This document shows positions 34,754 to 35,538 of a stretch of DNA of 35,538 nucleotides, one piece after another. The DNA is from Chloroflexota bacterium (lineage in GTDB: Bacteria; Chloroflexota; Anaerolineae; Anaerolineales; UBA4823). Numbering within the stretch: the stretch's first letter is position 1; every line of letters starts with the position of its first letter. Under the pieces are notes generated by a model. It was not told the origin of the DNA and did no database searches. It saw nothing but the letters and a program-made list of their open reading frames with translations. The stretch covers positions 1 to 35,538 of the forward strand of contig DAOVCZ010000002.1 of assembly GCA_030669775.1 (NCBI GenBank), in the 5' to 3' direction. Both the position numbers and the translations under genes were made by a program.

Positions 34754-35538
34754 ATGCTCAAGATCGGAGAGTTCTCAAGAATCGGGCAAGTATCAGTTAA
34801 GACTTTGCGATATTACGACACAATAGGTTTACTTAAACCCCACCAGATCGATCCCGTTACCGGATACCGCTATTACTCATTTGACCTGCTGCCTAGACTC
34901 AACCGGATCCTAGCTCTCAAGGAGCTTGGACTCTCACTTGAGCAAATCAATCAACTGCTCAACGATGATCTTACTGCTGAGCAGCTGCGTGGAATGCTGC
35001 GGTTAAAACAGATTGAAATCCAACAACGGATGGTGGAGGAAAAGGAGAAATTGGCTCGCGTCGAAGCGCGTTTGAAGATGATAGAACAGGAGGATATAAT
35101 GCCAACTTATGATATTGTGATCAAGAGAGTAGACCCAGTTTTGGCGGCTACGGTCAGGGATATCATTCCCAGATACCCGGAACAAGGACATCTGTGGGGT
35201 GAGCTCGAATCATTCTTAGCTCATCACCAGATTAAACCCCAAGGGCCTTGTTTCACGATTTATTATTCAGATGAACCCGATATCGACACAGAAGTTTGCG
35301 AACCGGTGAGCAGCTCAATACCCGAAGACCCAAAAGTCAATGAACGTCAGGTTCCAGGTGTTGACACGATGGCCACAGTGATTCACAAAGGACCATTCAT
35401 TTCAATTGGCGAAGCATACACTGCAATCATAAAGTGGATCGAAGCCAATGATTACCAGATTAACGGTCCTGCCCGTGAGGTCTACCTGAGATCAGCAACC
35501 AATGGCAGCCAGACAGATCCCCAGACCATTACAGAGAT
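34754..35538 (+). CDS. MerR-family transcriptional regulator with GyrI-like effector-binding domain (3' end outside the window)
   Basis: Begins MLKIGEFSRIGQVSVKTLRYYDTIGLLKP...GYRYY (MerR HTH), then a coiled-coil, then a GyrI-like/BmrR-type C-terminal domain. Open to the window edge, so absent from the ORF track. GGAGAG lies upstream. Confidence 0.85.
   Translation, partial: MLKIGEFSRIGQVSVKTLRYYDTIGLLKPHQIDPVTGYRYYSFDLLPRLNRILALKELGLSLEQINQLLNDDLTAEQLRGMLRLKQIEIQQRMVEEKEKLARVEARLKMIEQEDIMPTYDIVIKRVDPVLAATVRDIIPRYPEQGHLWGELESFLAHHQIKPQGPCFTIYYSDEPDIDTEVCEPVSSSIPEDPKVNERQVPGVDTMATVIHKGPFISIGEAYTAIIKWIEANDYQINGPAREVYLRSATNGSQTDPQTITE

Noticed and set aside
1-35538. Stop-codon reassignment (alternative genetic code)
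   Set aside because: TAA terminates recA, ABC chain 2, the acyl-CoA dehydrogenase and DUF2007 at the expected protein ends. TGA terminates ABC chain 1, the TolB-like gene, the M23 gene and efp. TAG terminates the lipoprotein and synthetase genes.
1-35538. CRISPR arrays, tandem repeats, IS elements
   Set aside because: Reading through all intergenic regions showed no regularly spaced direct repeats, terminal inverted repeats or transposase-like ORFs. A computational repeat search was not possible.

Overview
Compact chromosomal segment of about 50-55% GC. Gene content and the Pro/Thr-rich linkers suggest a Chloroflexota/Anaerolineae-like bacterium, but that is inference only. Almost everything is housekeeping. 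It holds a heterodimeric ABC exporter, a TolB-like/M23 envelope pair and recA behind a Cheo-type SOS box. An acyl-CoA synthetase and an acyl-CoA dehydrogenase follow. An eight-gene head-to-tail minus-strand run reads tpx-hsp20-lon-receiver-PHP/AlbA_2-GNAT-mogA-lepB. The rest includes tRNA-Arg(UCU), a two-gene module of unknown function, two LysM/M23-type peptidases, efp, fabF-fabH, ftsH, a cyclase-family hydrolase and a MerR/GyrI-like regulator with a 19-bp-spacer promoter. I saw no CRISPR array, transposase, integrase, toxin-antitoxin pair or recognisable defence system, and I cannot honestly name a clear new system. The most unusual signal is a cluster of gene lesions. There are four in-frame nonsense codons in three otherwise intact, well-conserved genes: tpx, a FabL-like reductase (two stops) and a zinc-ribbon/TM mini-protein. 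There are also two short stubs of much larger enzymes, one from a Cys/Met PLP enzyme and one from a GcvT/YgfZ-like protein. The best candidates for undescribed biology are the receiver-PHP/AlbA_2-GNAT module embedded in the stress operon and the 527-aa + 145-aa unknown pair, which is separated by a 30-nt palindrome and followed directly by the tRNA. All family assignments come from motif recognition by eye. No searches were run.
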